A stretch of 64,000 bases of DNA from Polyangiaceae bacterium (GTDB lineage: Bacteria; Myxococcota_A; Polyangia; Polyangiales; Polyangiaceae), in NCBI GenBank assembly GCA_044376115.1, contig JBILLK010000009.1:192001-256000 (forward strand), read 5' to 3'. This document shows, piece by piece, positions 11,294 to 21,200 of the stretch; positions within the stretch are counted from its first letter, which is position 1; every line of letters starts with the position of its first letter. The notes under the pieces were generated by a model. It was not told the DNA's origin. It saw only the letters and a program-made list of their open reading frames with translations, and ran no database searches. A program made the translations under genes and the position numbers.

Positions 11294-13309
11294 ATGGTTT
11301 CGATTTGTTCTGCGCGACAGCTTCGCTGGCCGCTCTTTCTTTTGCTCGCGGCCTGCAGTGGAACTGCGCCACTGGCTTCGCGACCAGCCGAGGAACGCTC
11401 CTCCCCCGAATCGGCGCTGCCGTCTTTCGCGAGCGCGCACCCAAAGCCGCCGGCGTGTGGCGCGCTTCGCGCTGTCGGTGCAGCAGGCTTGTCACGACAG
11501 AGCAGCTCGGTCGCCCTTACCCGCGAGAGTGATTCGCTGCTCGCCTACGTCGCCGATCCCGATGCACTTCGGATCGAGGTGATCGATGTACGCGCGCGTA
11601 AGCTGGTGGCTTCGACGAGCACCTCTGGACCGGTGGAGCAATTGCTGGTGCTGCCCTCGGGGCATCTGCTCGCTAGCATCTCGAACAGCAGCTACCTCGA
11701 GGTCTTCGCGCCCAAGAGCGACAAATCGCACCGCCTAGCGCTCGAGAGTGAGTGCGCGGTCGACGTTCCGAGCGGGCCTTTCGCGATGGCGCTTCGTGAC
11801 GACGGTCGACGTGTTGCGGTCACTGGGCTCGTGGCCGGCTCGCTCACCTTTCTTCGCAGCGAGGACCTGGCGATCGAATCGGCTACCGCGCTTCCTCGAG
11901 CGCCGGCAGGCGTCGCCTTCGTCGGCTCTCGTGCCTACGTCTCTCATCTCGTCGGATCGACGGTATCGATCGTCGACTCGGAGACGCCTCAGGCGATCGC
12001 GCGAACGGTACCGACGCGATTGACGACGGAGCGTGACTACACGTCCTTTGGAGCGAAAGCCGACCCAAGTTTGCCGGTTCATCGCGAGGGTAATCAGGCC
12101 TTCAGTTTGATCGCCGTCGATAGCGCCGTGCTGCCGACGGGCGAGGCACAGAGTCTCCGCGGGGCAGCACCTCGCGCGCAGCTCCCATCACGCAGCACTC
12201 AATCGAAGGGAGCGAAGTCGCGGGTGGTGGTGCCGATGATCAGCGTCGATGCAGGCGACCCAACGCGGCCCACCGAACACTATTACGGTCCGCCTCCGAC
12301 CTTCGGGGTGCCGAAGCAGGCGCCCACCGGCTTCGTGATCGACACCAAATCTGAGAAGGGCCTCTCGCGATCGCTCGTGGCGGCGCCGGCCAATTTCTCG
12401 GGTGCACCGTGCTATTCGCCGCGCAGCGTGGCCTACGACGGGTTGACGCAGAGCCTGTATGTGACCTGCCTGGGAGCACACACGCTCTTGGAATTGGACG
12501 CCACTTCCGCCGATCCGATGCGTGAGGTGAAGCGCAGCTTCAAGACCTCACGAGGTCCGACTGGCGTAGCCATTGCGTCGGAGGAGGGACTGGCCGTGGT
12601 GAGCGGCCGCTTTGATGGCCGGGTCAGCATCATCGATCTGGCGACCGGCGACGCCGATGTTGTGGACCCAGCGATGCCGCTCAGCGAGCTGGCCGCAGCA
12701 ACGCATGATGGTCGCGATCTGTTCTTTCGAGCGGGCGATCGGCAGATCGCGTTCGACGGTCTTGCGTGTGCGAGCTGTCATCTCGAGGGGGCCGAGGACG
12801 GCCTGACCTGGTCCACTCCGATCGGCTCGCGACAGACCCTGATGTTGTCGGGGCGCATCGTAAACTCGGCTCCTTACGGCTGGACGCGCAAAGACGAAGA
12901 GCTCGAGGCCTACGTGACCGGGACGATGTCGCGGCTCGGCGGTGAAGGCCTTCCGAGCACCGAACTCAGCTCGCTGCTCGCCTACGTTGCCGCCATTCCG
13001 AGCCTGCCCCAGCCCACGCGCGACCCAGCGTTGTTCGCCGAAGGTGAGGCCGTGTTCGCAGCCAAAGGCTGTACGAGTTGTCACCCGGGTGGAGAACCAA
13101 GCGGCTCCAAGCTCGGTTTGACCGAGGATACGGTCGTATTCGACACACCCTCGTTGCACCGCGTGGGGCTCTCGGCGCCGTATTACCATGATGGGCGCTA
13201 CCCTGATTTGCGCGCGCTGCTCAGTGACAAGTCGAGCGCGATGGGTCGCACCGCGGAGCTCAGCTCGCACGAGGTCAACGTACTCGAATCCTATCTTCGG
13301 TCGCTTTGA
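11294..13309 (+). CDS. Beta-propeller di-heme cytochrome c lipoprotein, copy 2
   Basis: GAGG before ATG 11294, lipobox LAAC, CASCH and CTSCH, APYYHDGRY. Confidence 0.82.
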   Translation: MVSICSARQLRWPLFLLLAACSGTAPLASRPAEERSSPESALPSFASAHPKPPACGALRAVGAAGLSRQSSSVALTRESDSLLAYVADPDALRIEVIDVRARKLVASTSTSGPVEQLLVLPSGHLLASISNSSYLEVFAPKSDKSHRLALESECAVDVPSGPFAMALRDDGRRVAVTGLVAGSLTFLRSEDLAIESATALPRAPAGVAFVGSRAYVSHLVGSTVSIVDSETPQAIARTVPTRLTTERDYTSFGAKADPSLPVHREGNQAFSLIAVDSAVLPTGEAQSLRGAAPRAQLPSRSTQSKGAKSRVVVPMISVDAGDPTRPTEHYYGPPPTFGVPKQAPTGFVIDTKSEKGLSRSLVAAPANFSGAPCYSPRSVAYDGLTQSLYVTCLGAHTLLELDATSADPMREVKRSFKTSRGPTGVAIASEEGLAVVSGRFDGRVSIIDLATGDADVVDPAMPLSELAAATHDGRDLFFRAGDRQIAFDGLACASCHLEGAEDGLTWSTPIGSRQTLMLSGRIVNSAPYGWTRKDEELEAYVTGTMSRLGGEGLPSTELSSLLAYVAAIPSLPQPTRDPALFAEGEAVFAAKGCTSCHPGGEPSGSKLGLTEDTVVFDTPSLHRVGLSAPYYHDGRYPDLRALLSDKSSAMGRTAELSSHEVNVLESYLRSL

Positions 13310-14262
13310 CGATGGGGACGCGGATGTCGCTTCGTCGGCTAGCGAACTGCGTTGCAACCTGCGTCTTTCTCGGCGCTTGCGCTGCTCAACCAACCAGCGT
13401 TGAGCCGGTGGTCTCGTGGGAGGAGGCCGTGCCGCTCGAGGCCTCAAAGCCTGCAGGCCGGTCGAAGCTTGCTGACCTCTCGACCCCAGTCGACGGCGAA
13501 GCCTTCTTGCATCTCTTGCACGTGAGCTACAGCCCTTGGGTCACCATCCCACAACTCGGCATGCTCTCGAGTCGTGTTCAACGCAATGGCGCGCTGGCCG
13601 ACGCGCGGACGCTCTTCCAGCACGCGTCGACCTACGTCTGGGGCCAAGGTCGGTCTTTCTTACCGCCCGCGTGTGCTGCCGAGCAGGCCGCAGTCTCTTG
13701 GTACGTCCTGCAGATGGGAGCGCCCCGCGAGCCTGCGCAGATCACCGCGAATTCCGGCTTGATCCAGAGCTGCCGAGTCGAGCCGTTGCGATCCGCGAAG
13801 AGCCCGTTGGCCGAGCTCGTCGCTGGGCTGGTGTTGGGGTACCGCACGTGCGACGCCGTCCATTGTGAACCTGGCCTGCGGGTTCCAGGTGCTCTGCGGC
13901 TGCTGACGCCACGCGCGCAATGGTCGCGGGTGGGCAAGCAGCGCCACGCAACCGACGACGACGCGTTGCAGCCTTTCTCGATCGTGGATGTCCCTGTCGT
14001 TCGCGGCGAAACCTCGGCGGCGGTGATCACGCTGACGAGCGAACAGATCGCTCGCTGGCGCACGCTTCGGGGTGAATCCCAACTCGATGCGGACCAAATG
14101 CTTTTGGGACCCATGCCGTCGCTGCTGGTGCGGGTCGAAGTGGAATGGCTCGAGAGCGAGGAGGTGCCCACCGTACGAACCTCCGTCAGCGCTTACGGAG
14201 AACCCGGCCGCGCGATCGCCAAATGGCTTGGACTCGGGACGACCAAGGGTAAGTCGAAGTGA
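13306..14262 (+). CDS. Uncharacterised lipoprotein, partner copy 2
   Basis: Lipobox LGAC, TTGA overlap, shared motifs with the other two partners. Confidence 0.7.
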   Translation: MTMGTRMSLRRLANCVATCVFLGACAAQPTSVEPVVSWEEAVPLEASKPAGRSKLADLSTPVDGEAFLHLLHVSYSPWVTIPQLGMLSSRVQRNGALADARTLFQHASTYVWGQGRSFLPPACAAEQAAVSWYVLQMGAPREPAQITANSGLIQSCRVEPLRSAKSPLAELVAGLVLGYRTCDAVHCEPGLRVPGALRLLTPRAQWSRVGKQRHATDDDALQPFSIVDVPVVRGETSAAVITLTSEQIARWRTLRGESQLDADQMLLGPMPSLLVRVEVEWLESEEVPTVRTSVSAYGEPGRAIAKWLGLGTTKGKSK

Positions 14263-16307
14263 AGAAAGAAGCCTCTTTCGCCCGTTTCATGCGCCTTTCG
14301 ATCGCCGCTGCTGCGATCACGGCATCCGCCTGCGGCGCTCAAGCCCCAACCCAAGAGGCGCCATCGCCGCCAGCCGAACGCCGCGCCAGCGCGGCTGACG
14401 ATCTCTTCAACGCCTCCTGCGTCACCATGGAGCCACGCAGCGCACTCGCACCGAGCTCACGCTCGCGACAAGGCTCGACGGTCGCGCTCGCGAAGCGCGC
14501 TAACAAGCTACTGGCACTGCTGGCCGACAAGGATCGCAAGACGCTTTGGGTGGTGGACGTGGACACGCAAACGCTCGCAGAGTCGGTGCGATTCGAGCGT
14601 GAGCCGGAGCAGGTGTTGGTGCTCGAGGACGGCCGCGTGGTGGTCTCCCTGGTTGGCGGCTCGGAGTTGCAGATCTTGGGGGCCGGGCAGGGGGAAGGGT
14701 TACGCCCCCTGTGCGCGCGTGCGACTCCGGCCGGCCCGTTTGGCTTGGCGGTCTCGCCCGATGGCGCATCGGTGGTGGTTACGAATGGCTACGCTGCGCA
14801 AGCCACGGTGTTCCGCGCGAGGGACTTTGCTGTGCAAGCCCGAGTCCCGCTGCCTCGTTCGCCGCGGGGCGTGCTGGTGCTTGGTGAGACGGCGTATGTC
14901 ACCCATCTCTCGGGCGCCAAGGTCTCGTACTTCTCGCTCGCCAATCCCGACGCTGGTGCGCAGACGATTTCAACGGTGCAAAAAACAGCGGCGAATCTCG
15001 GTGAGGTGGAGGACTTCCTCTCGCCGCGAACGGCCTCGCAGGCCTACTCCTTGGTGTCGGTCGAGCTCGCTGTAAAGGACGTTGCTCGCGACGGTGCCCC
15101 GCGCGCGGCTGGCGAAGGTTCGCGGTTGAAAGGAACCGCCGTCCCCTCGGCTCCACGTCCGCTTCCGCTCCCGCTCCCGAGCCCGGCTGCGGAAGTCGAA
15201 TCCAAGTTGGTCGTGCCGATGGTGAGCGTCGACCCGGGTACGAGGCTCGGTCGCTTCGAGAATTACTACGGTCCACCACCGATAGCCGGCGTAAAGAAGC
15301 ACGCGCCGACCGTCGCGACGATCGACCCGACGAGCAACACGCACCTCTCTCCAACCTTGGTGGCAGCCGGACCACGTGCGCCGCTGCATCCGTGTCAGCT
15401 GCCGCGCGCCTCGCTGTTTGAGCCGCGCAGCGGTCACTTGTTCGTGGCGTGCATGGGCAGCGACGAGGTGATCGAGCTGGAGGGCTCGCGGCTCGATCCG
15501 ATGGCCGCGACGGTGCGACGCTTCTCGGTCCCGCAGGGGCCAACTGGCCTCGCGCTCGACGAGCAAAGCGGTCTCTTGGCGGTGTTCAGTCAGTTCGATA
15601 CCGGGCTCACGTTGATCGACCTCAAGAGCGGAGCTATGCACGCTGTTGCGCTTGAGCTGCCGGCATCGGGGCTCGCGCCGAAGGTCCAACTTGGTCGCGA
15701 GGTGTTTCACCGCACCAACGACGGTCGCATCACCGGGGACGGTATCGCTTGCGCGAGCTGTCACGCAGAGGGTGGTGACGATCAGGTGGTTTGGCAAACT
15801 CCGGAAGGGCCGCGTCAAACCATCTCCCTCGCTGGGCGCTTGCGAGCGGGAACTGCGCCCTACGGTTGGACACGCGGCGATTTGGGACTGAGCGACTACA
15901 TCAAATCGACCTGCTCGCGATTGGGCGGCTCGGGTCTACCCGAGCGCGAGCTTGAAGCTCTCGTGGCCTACGCCGTGTCGTTGCCACCGCCACCGCTCGA
16001 TGCGGTGGATGAAGCGGAGCGTGCGCACGGTAAGGCGGTTTTCTTCGCTCGCGGCTGCGCGAGTTGCCACCAAAAAGGGACTTCCACCGACCAGCACGGC
16101 CACTTCTTTGATAGCCCCAGCGAGCGAGAACTTGCGCGTGACACGCCCACGCTCGTGCGGGTGAGTCAGACGGCTCCGTACTACCACGATGGTCGCTACG
16201 CCACGCTCGAGGAGCTGCTGGCCGACCCTTCCAATCCCATGGGCGAGACCCGTCTCCTAGGGGCGGAGGAGCGGCGCTCGTTGCTTGTCTACCTGAGATC
16301 GCTTTGA
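14259..16307 (+). CDS. Beta-propeller di-heme cytochrome c lipoprotein, copy 3
   Basis: Lipobox ASAC, two CASCH, DTPTL..V..TAPYYHDGRY, GTGA overlap. Confidence 0.82.
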   Translation: MKKEASFARFMRLSIAAAAITASACGAQAPTQEAPSPPAERRASAADDLFNASCVTMEPRSALAPSSRSRQGSTVALAKRANKLLALLADKDRKTLWVVDVDTQTLAESVRFEREPEQVLVLEDGRVVVSLVGGSELQILGAGQGEGLRPLCARATPAGPFGLAVSPDGASVVVTNGYAAQATVFRARDFAVQARVPLPRSPRGVLVLGETAYVTHLSGAKVSYFSLANPDAGAQTISTVQKTAANLGEVEDFLSPRTASQAYSLVSVELAVKDVARDGAPRAAGEGSRLKGTAVPSAPRPLPLPLPSPAAEVESKLVVPMVSVDPGTRLGRFENYYGPPPIAGVKKHAPTVATIDPTSNTHLSPTLVAAGPRAPLHPCQLPRASLFEPRSGHLFVACMGSDEVIELEGSRLDPMAATVRRFSVPQGPTGLALDEQSGLLAVFSQFDTGLTLIDLKSGAMHAVALELPASGLAPKVQLGREVFHRTNDGRITGDGIACASCHAEGGDDQVVWQTPEGPRQTISLAGRLRAGTAPYGWTRGDLGLSDYIKSTCSRLGGSGLPERELEALVAYAVSLPPPPLDAVDEAERAHGKAVFFARGCASCHQKGTSTDQHGHFFDSPSERELARDTPTLVRVSQTAPYYHDGRYATLEELLADPSNPMGETRLLGAEERRSLLVYLRSL

Positions 16308-17353
16308 AGAGCGTCCTCGGCCTGCTTCTGTTGTGCGGCTGCGCGACTCAGCAAGGTGGTGCCTCTCAGTGGCCGCCCGCCGTGCTGGCTTCAGGCGTCG
16401 ACGCGAACGAGGCTGCAATCGATTCGTCGCCCGCCAACGAAGAGCCGCACGTTCGTCGTGCTGCGCCACGCCAACCCTTGTTGGAGACGCCTCCGCCCGA
16501 GCACCTTGGCTCTGTGCGCATCGACCTCCAACGTTTGCCCTTGGCTCCTCCAGAGCAGGCTGCACGCGGTGAGTCGGTTGCGCTGAACGTCGACCTCTCT
16601 GACGTGAGCATCGCGGTGGCGAGCGGGCTCGTGGTTGAGGTGCAACTGGGAGACGTGAGCGTGTTCAGCCAGTCCACCTCCCCGATGATTCACGGGCCAG
16701 CCAGCGGCTCCCAACGCCCGCTCAAAACGCGTTGCTCAGAGCTCGGCGATGGCGACGCGCGTTGGCGCGGCTTTGTCGCTGCCGATGTTACGGCTGAGAC
16801 GATGCCCTTCGTTGAGTTCGCAGGTCGCTACGAGGCCAAGCGTTGCCGGGCGGTGGCCACGCGTCGACGCGCGGTGACAGCGACTGCCATCGTACCCGGG
16901 GCGATCTACGCCTTTCGTGTGTGCGACCATTATTGTGAAGCCAACGCGCTGGCACCGGCTGAGGAGCGCGTAATCGTGATTGCGCCGCCGAGCCCCTTCT
17001 TCCTCGAGTCGGCGGCGAACGCGCGCGATCTTTCTCGTCCGCACGTCGGCAGCTTCAGCATCGGCGAAATTCCGATCAAGGTGGGCTCGGCAAACTCGCT
17101 CTCACTTTCACTGCCCGTCTCGGCGTTCGATGCTTCGGGCCTCGCCGAGGCCGAGCGCATGGTGGGGGCCGAGCGTGTGAAGGTCGATCTGGAGGCATCG
17201 CGGCCGAGCGCGCGGCGGCCCGCTGAAATGCGACTTCACCTCGCGGTCGTGAAGGCGGAGACAAAAATCGAAACCACCGTCGAAGCGCGCTCGGCCGGGA
17301 CCGAGCTCGCTCCAACGGTGGTTCGCCGATTGCGTCGTCCAGGTTCGGACTGA
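16304..17353 (+). CDS. Uncharacterised lipoprotein, partner copy 3
   Basis: Lipobox LCGC, TTGA overlap, shared motifs with the other two partners. Confidence 0.7.
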   Translation: MKSVLGLLLLCGCATQQGGASQWPPAVLASGVDANEAAIDSSPANEEPHVRRAAPRQPLLETPPPEHLGSVRIDLQRLPLAPPEQAARGESVALNVDLSDVSIAVASGLVVEVQLGDVSVFSQSTSPMIHGPASGSQRPLKTRCSELGDGDARWRGFVAADVTAETMPFVEFAGRYEAKRCRAVATRRRAVTATAIVPGAIYAFRVCDHYCEANALAPAEERVIVIAPPSPFFLESAANARDLSRPHVGSFSIGEIPIKVGSANSLSLSLPVSAFDASGLAEAERMVGAERVKVDLEASRPSARRPAEMRLHLAVVKAETKIETTVEARSAGTELAPTVVRRLRRPGSD

Positions 17354-17356
17354 GCG

Positions 17357-18724
17357 TCAGGCCATCTCGAGGAAGAGACGATCGGGATCTTCGAGGTAGT
17401 GAATGATGTCGTAAGCGAACGCCGCTCCAACGTGGCCGTCGATGATGCGGTGATCGAAGGAGAGCGAGAGCAGCATCACGTTGCCGATCACGATCTGCCC
17501 GTTCTTCACCACCGGACGCTCTTTGATGCGGTGCACACCGAGGATTCCCACCTCCGGGAAGTTGAGGATCGGGGTGGCGAAGAGGCCGCCCTGCGCGCCC
17601 AACGAGGTGATGGTGAAGACCGACCCACCGAGGTCCTCGCTCTTGACCTTTCCGGACTTGGAGTCCTCCGCGAGGCGCTGGATGTCGCGCGCGATGTCGA
17701 GGATGCTCTTCCGGTCCGCGTCACGCACCACCGGCACGATCAGCCCGCTCTCGGTCGAGGAGGCGATGCCGAGGTGAATCGCGCCGCGCGTGACGATCTC
17801 GTTCGTCGTTTCATCGAACGCGCTCGCCAAGTGCGGGTGCTTCTTCAAGGCCGCAACCACCGCCTTGGCAATGAAGGGAAGGTAGGTGAGCTTGACGCCT
17901 GCTGCCTCCGCTCGCGGACGAAGCCGCTCGCGCAGTGTCATCATCGCGCTCGCGTCGCACTCCTCCACGAAGGTGAAGTGAGCGGCGGTGTGCTTCGAGC
18001 GGGTCATGCCCTCGAAGATGCGCTTGCGCACGCCACGAAGCGGCGTGCGCGTGTCGCCGGCGCCACTCGCAACGGCCTCGGCCGGGCGATTGGCGACCGC
18101 GGCGGCGGGGCGAACGTCTTGGGCGCTTGCGGCAGGCGCGAGAACCGGAGCCGCAGCGGGCGCACTCTTTTGGCCGGCGGCTCGCGCAACGTCGTCCTTC
18201 GTCACTCGACCCGCAGGTCCCGTGGGCTCGACGTTGCGAAGATCCACCGCTGCATCCCGCGCGGCTTTGCGTGTGGCCGGCGTGGCGAGCGGCTTGGCGT
18301 TGAAGTAGCTGCTCTTGGCCGGCGCAGCTCCAGAGGCTGCCTTGGAGCGAGGCATGATGCCCATCCCCGGCAACGTCTCCTTGATGTCTCCGACCGCCGT
18401 TGCAGCCGGACCGTCATCCTTTTTGGCGCTGGCGGGTGCAGCTGCGGGAGCCGCTGCTGCTGGCTCTACAGCCGCCGCCGCTCCGCCGAGGTTGAAGACC
18501 ACCAGCACCGAGTGCACCGGGACGACCTGTCCCACGCCGCCGCGCAGCTCTTGGATGATGCCGGACTTGGGCGCCGTGATCGTCACGGTCGCCTTGTCCG
18601 TCATGACCTCCACCATCGGTTGGTCTTCGGTGACTTGCTCGCCCACGGCGACCAGCCACTTGACGATTTCGCCTTCGGTTACGCCTTCGCCGATGTCCGG
18701 CAACTTGAACTCGTAGGTGCTCAT
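17357..18724 (-). CDS. 2-oxoacid dehydrogenase E2 (dihydrolipoamide acyltransferase)
   Basis: Lipoyl domain MTDKA, E3-binding GPAGRVTKDD, catalytic DHRIIDG. Confidence 0.95.
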   Translation of the reverse strand: MSTYEFKLPDIGEGVTEGEIVKWLVAVGEQVTEDQPMVEVMTDKATVTITAPKSGIIQELRGGVGQVVPVHSVLVVFNLGGAAAAVEPAAAAPAAAPASAKKDDGPAATAVGDIKETLPGMGIMPRSKAASGAAPAKSSYFNAKPLATPATRKAARDAAVDLRNVEPTGPAGRVTKDDVARAAGQKSAPAAAPVLAPAASAQDVRPAAAVANRPAEAVASGAGDTRTPLRGVRKRIFEGMTRSKHTAAHFTFVEECDASAMMTLRERLRPRAEAAGVKLTYLPFIAKAVVAALKKHPHLASAFDETTNEIVTRGAIHLGIASSTESGLIVPVVRDADRKSILDIARDIQRLAEDSKSGKVKSEDLGGSVFTITSLGAQGGLFATPILNFPEVGILGVHRIKERPVVKNGQIVIGNVMLLSLSFDHRIIDGHVGAAFAYDIIHYLEDPDRLFLEMA

Positions 18725-18746
18725 GTTGTTCTCGCGAAAGGGGCGA

Positions 18747-19721
18747 TCAGTAGCGGGCCGTCTCGAGGACTGCCGGGAGAATGCGGTGAGAGAGCGGTAG
18801 GTACTCGTTCTCGAGCGTGTAGGGGAAGGGCGTGTCGAAGCCGGTTACGCGCTTCGGCGGGGCCTCCAAGTGGAGGAAGGCCTTCTCGTTGATGAGCGAC
18901 ACGATCTCCCCACCGAGCCCGCAGCTCTTGGGGGCCTCATGCACCACGACCACGCGGCCAGTCTTCTTGACGCTGGCGACGATGGCGTCGATGTCGAGCG
19001 GCCAGAGCGTGCGCAGATCCAAAACGTCGCACTCGACGCCTTGTTCAGAGGCTTTCTGGGCTGCATCGAGCGCCTCGTAGAGCATGGCGCCCCAAGCGAT
19101 GATGGTCACATGCTCGCCCTCGCGTGAGAGCGCAGCCTTGCCCAGCGGGACCGTGTAGTCGCCCTCGGGGACCTCGCCTTTGGCGGCGCGGTAGACTCGC
19201 TTCGGCTCGAAGAAGAGCACCGGATCCGGATCGCGGATCGACGACAGCAATAGGCCCTTTGCGTCGGCGGGGGTGGCCGGGCAAACGACCTTCAGGCCGG
19301 CCACGTGAATGAACTGCGACTCGGGCGACTGCGAGTGATAGTGGCCACCGCGGATGCCGCCGCCCACCGGTGTGCGAATCACCATCTTGGCCGGATATTC
19401 ACCGCCCGACCGATAGCGATACTTCGCCAACTCGCTCACGATCTGGTCGTACGCGGGGAAGATGAAGTCACCAAACTGGATCTCGGGGACGGGAACGAGC
19501 CCGTAGAGCGCCATACCGATGGCCGCTCCGATGATGCCGCCTTCACTGAGCGGCGTGTCGATCACGCGGTCATCGCCGAACTCTTCATGAAGACCTTGGG
19601 TGACGCGGAAAACTCCACCAACTTTACCAACGTCTTCGCCCAAGCAGAGCACGCGCGAGTCACGGCGCATCTCGAAGCGGAGCGCGTCGTTGATGGCCTG
19701 AACCATGTTCATTTGCGGCAT
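18747..19721 (-). CDS. 2-oxoacid (probably branched-chain) dehydrogenase E1 beta
   Basis: GEDVG..GGVFR, DTPLSE, HSQSPE; start at MPQMNM. Confidence 0.95.
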   Translation of the reverse strand: MPQMNMVQAINDALRFEMRRDSRVLCLGEDVGKVGGVFRVTQGLHEEFGDDRVIDTPLSEGGIIGAAIGMALYGLVPVPEIQFGDFIFPAYDQIVSELAKYRYRSGGEYPAKMVIRTPVGGGIRGGHYHSQSPESQFIHVAGLKVVCPATPADAKGLLLSSIRDPDPVLFFEPKRVYRAAKGEVPEGDYTVPLGKAALSREGEHVTIIAWGAMLYEALDAAQKASEQGVECDVLDLRTLWPLDIDAIVASVKKTGRVVVVHEAPKSCGLGGEIVSLINEKAFLHLEAPPKRVTGFDTPFPYTLENEYLPLSHRILPAVLETARY

Positions 19722-19764
19722 GTCGTTCGATTCCTCTAAAGGATAGGAAGTCTCAGAGTGGAGA

Positions 19765-20988
19765 TCAGTGCCCGTGCCCCTTGGGGCGTGTACCTGCTTG
19801 CAGCTCGGCCTTTTGCTCGCGCAGGTGCCAAGGCATGTCGAAGTACACCTCCTCGAACATCGAGTCGAGCGAGGGGGCATCGGTTGCTTCAGCGACCTTG
19901 ATGGCAGCGCGCAGCTCAGCGTCCACTTCGGCCTCGAGCGCTTTATCGTCGGCGTCGGTCCAGCCTTGGGTCAGCTTCATGTAGTTCTTGAGCCGGGGCA
20001 GCGGGTCTTGAGCGCGCCACGGATCCACCGAGCCGTCGGGCCGATAAGCCTTCGGGTCGTCACTCGTGGAGTGGCCGCTGAGCCTGTACGTCATGGCCTC
20101 GATCAAGGTCGGACCTTCACCGCGAGCGGCGCGATCGATCGCGTCACGGGTCACCTTGATCACCGCGAAGATGTCGTTGCCGTCCACGCGAACCCCGGGG
20201 AAGCCGTACGCGATGGCCTTCTCGGCGAACGTCTTGCTGGCCGTTTGTCGTTCGGTGGGGACGCTGATGGCCCAACCGTTGTTGCGGCAGAAGAGCACCG
20301 TGGGCGTCTTGTACACGCCGGCGAAGTTCATGCCGTTGTGGAACTCGTTCGAGCTGGTCGCGCCTTCACCGAAGTAGACCATAGTCACGAGATCGTCCTT
20401 CTTGAGCTTGGCCGCCCAAGCGAAGCCGACGCCCTGCGTAATCTGCGTGCCGATGGGCGAGCTGATGCTGGTGACCTTCGCCTTGCGGTAGCAGTAGTGG
20501 TCCGGCATCTGACGGCCTTTCGCCGGGTCATTGGCGTTGCCGAACATGTTGTCCACGTAGCGTTGCAGCGGCATACCGCGCCAGAGCGCTCCACCGAACT
20601 CCCGGTAGCAAGGGAACATCCAGTCTTGCGGCCGCATCGCGAAGGCGCTGCCGATGATGGAGGCCTCTTCTCCGAGCGAGCCGATGTGAAAGCCGATGCG
20701 ACCCTGACGCTGCAGCGTCACCAGCCGGTCGTCGAGGATGCGCGTGCGCAACATCGCCGTGTAGACCGCGCGCACCTCTTGCGGTGTGAGCCCCGGATCC
20801 GTGCGCGGATCAAGCGTGCCGTCCGCTTGCAAACACTTGACGACGTCAGGTGCGAGCGTGTCGCTCGGGTGGCGGGCGACAGCCGGCCCAACTTCGATAT
20901 TGTCTACGCGGCTAGCGTGCTGAGCTTGTTCGAAAGTCTCAGTCGCTGCGCTGGCGCCAGAGTCACTCTTCGCATGCTGGGTGGTCAT
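19765..20988 (-). CDS. 2-oxoacid (probably branched-chain) dehydrogenase E1 alpha
   Basis: QRQGRIGF, GRQMPDH, TPP motif GEGATS...NN, HSTSDDP. Confidence 0.95.
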   Translation of the reverse strand: MTTQHAKSDSGASAATETFEQAQHASRVDNIEVGPAVARHPSDTLAPDVVKCLQADGTLDPRTDPGLTPQEVRAVYTAMLRTRILDDRLVTLQRQGRIGFHIGSLGEEASIIGSAFAMRPQDWMFPCYREFGGALWRGMPLQRYVDNMFGNANDPAKGRQMPDHYCYRKAKVTSISSPIGTQITQGVGFAWAAKLKKDDLVTMVYFGEGATSSNEFHNGMNFAGVYKTPTVLFCRNNGWAISVPTERQTASKTFAEKAIAYGFPGVRVDGNDIFAVIKVTRDAIDRAARGEGPTLIEAMTYRLSGHSTSDDPKAYRPDGSVDPWRAQDPLPRLKNYMKLTQGWTDADDKALEAEVDAELRAAIKVAEATDAPSLDSMFEEVYFDMPWHLREQKAELQAGTRPKGHGH

Positions 20989-21200
20989 CGCGGGGGGACC
21001 CTAGTTCGAATGGCCTGCCATGTGAACAACACAAAATCGTCTGCCGCGAAGCGCGATAACGCACTGCGATGCAAGCGAGGCTTGCGCCCTCAACTTCCGC
21101 TGAAGGTGCGTTCGCTTGCGTCATCGGCTGCAGCCGAAGCCCGCCCCGAGATGGCTGCATCCCTCAACGACGCGGACGGGCGCAGGAACTGGTTCGGCGG

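Noticed and set aside
8112..16307. Calling the propeller-heme proteins cytochrome cd1 nitrite reductase (NirS)
   Set aside because: Domain order is reversed, there are two C-terminal hemes with CcP-like motifs, and no heme d1 biosynthesis genes are nearby
17357..20988. Absence of E3 (lpd) from the dehydrogenase operon
   Set aside because: Common arrangement; E3 is usually shared and encoded elsewhere
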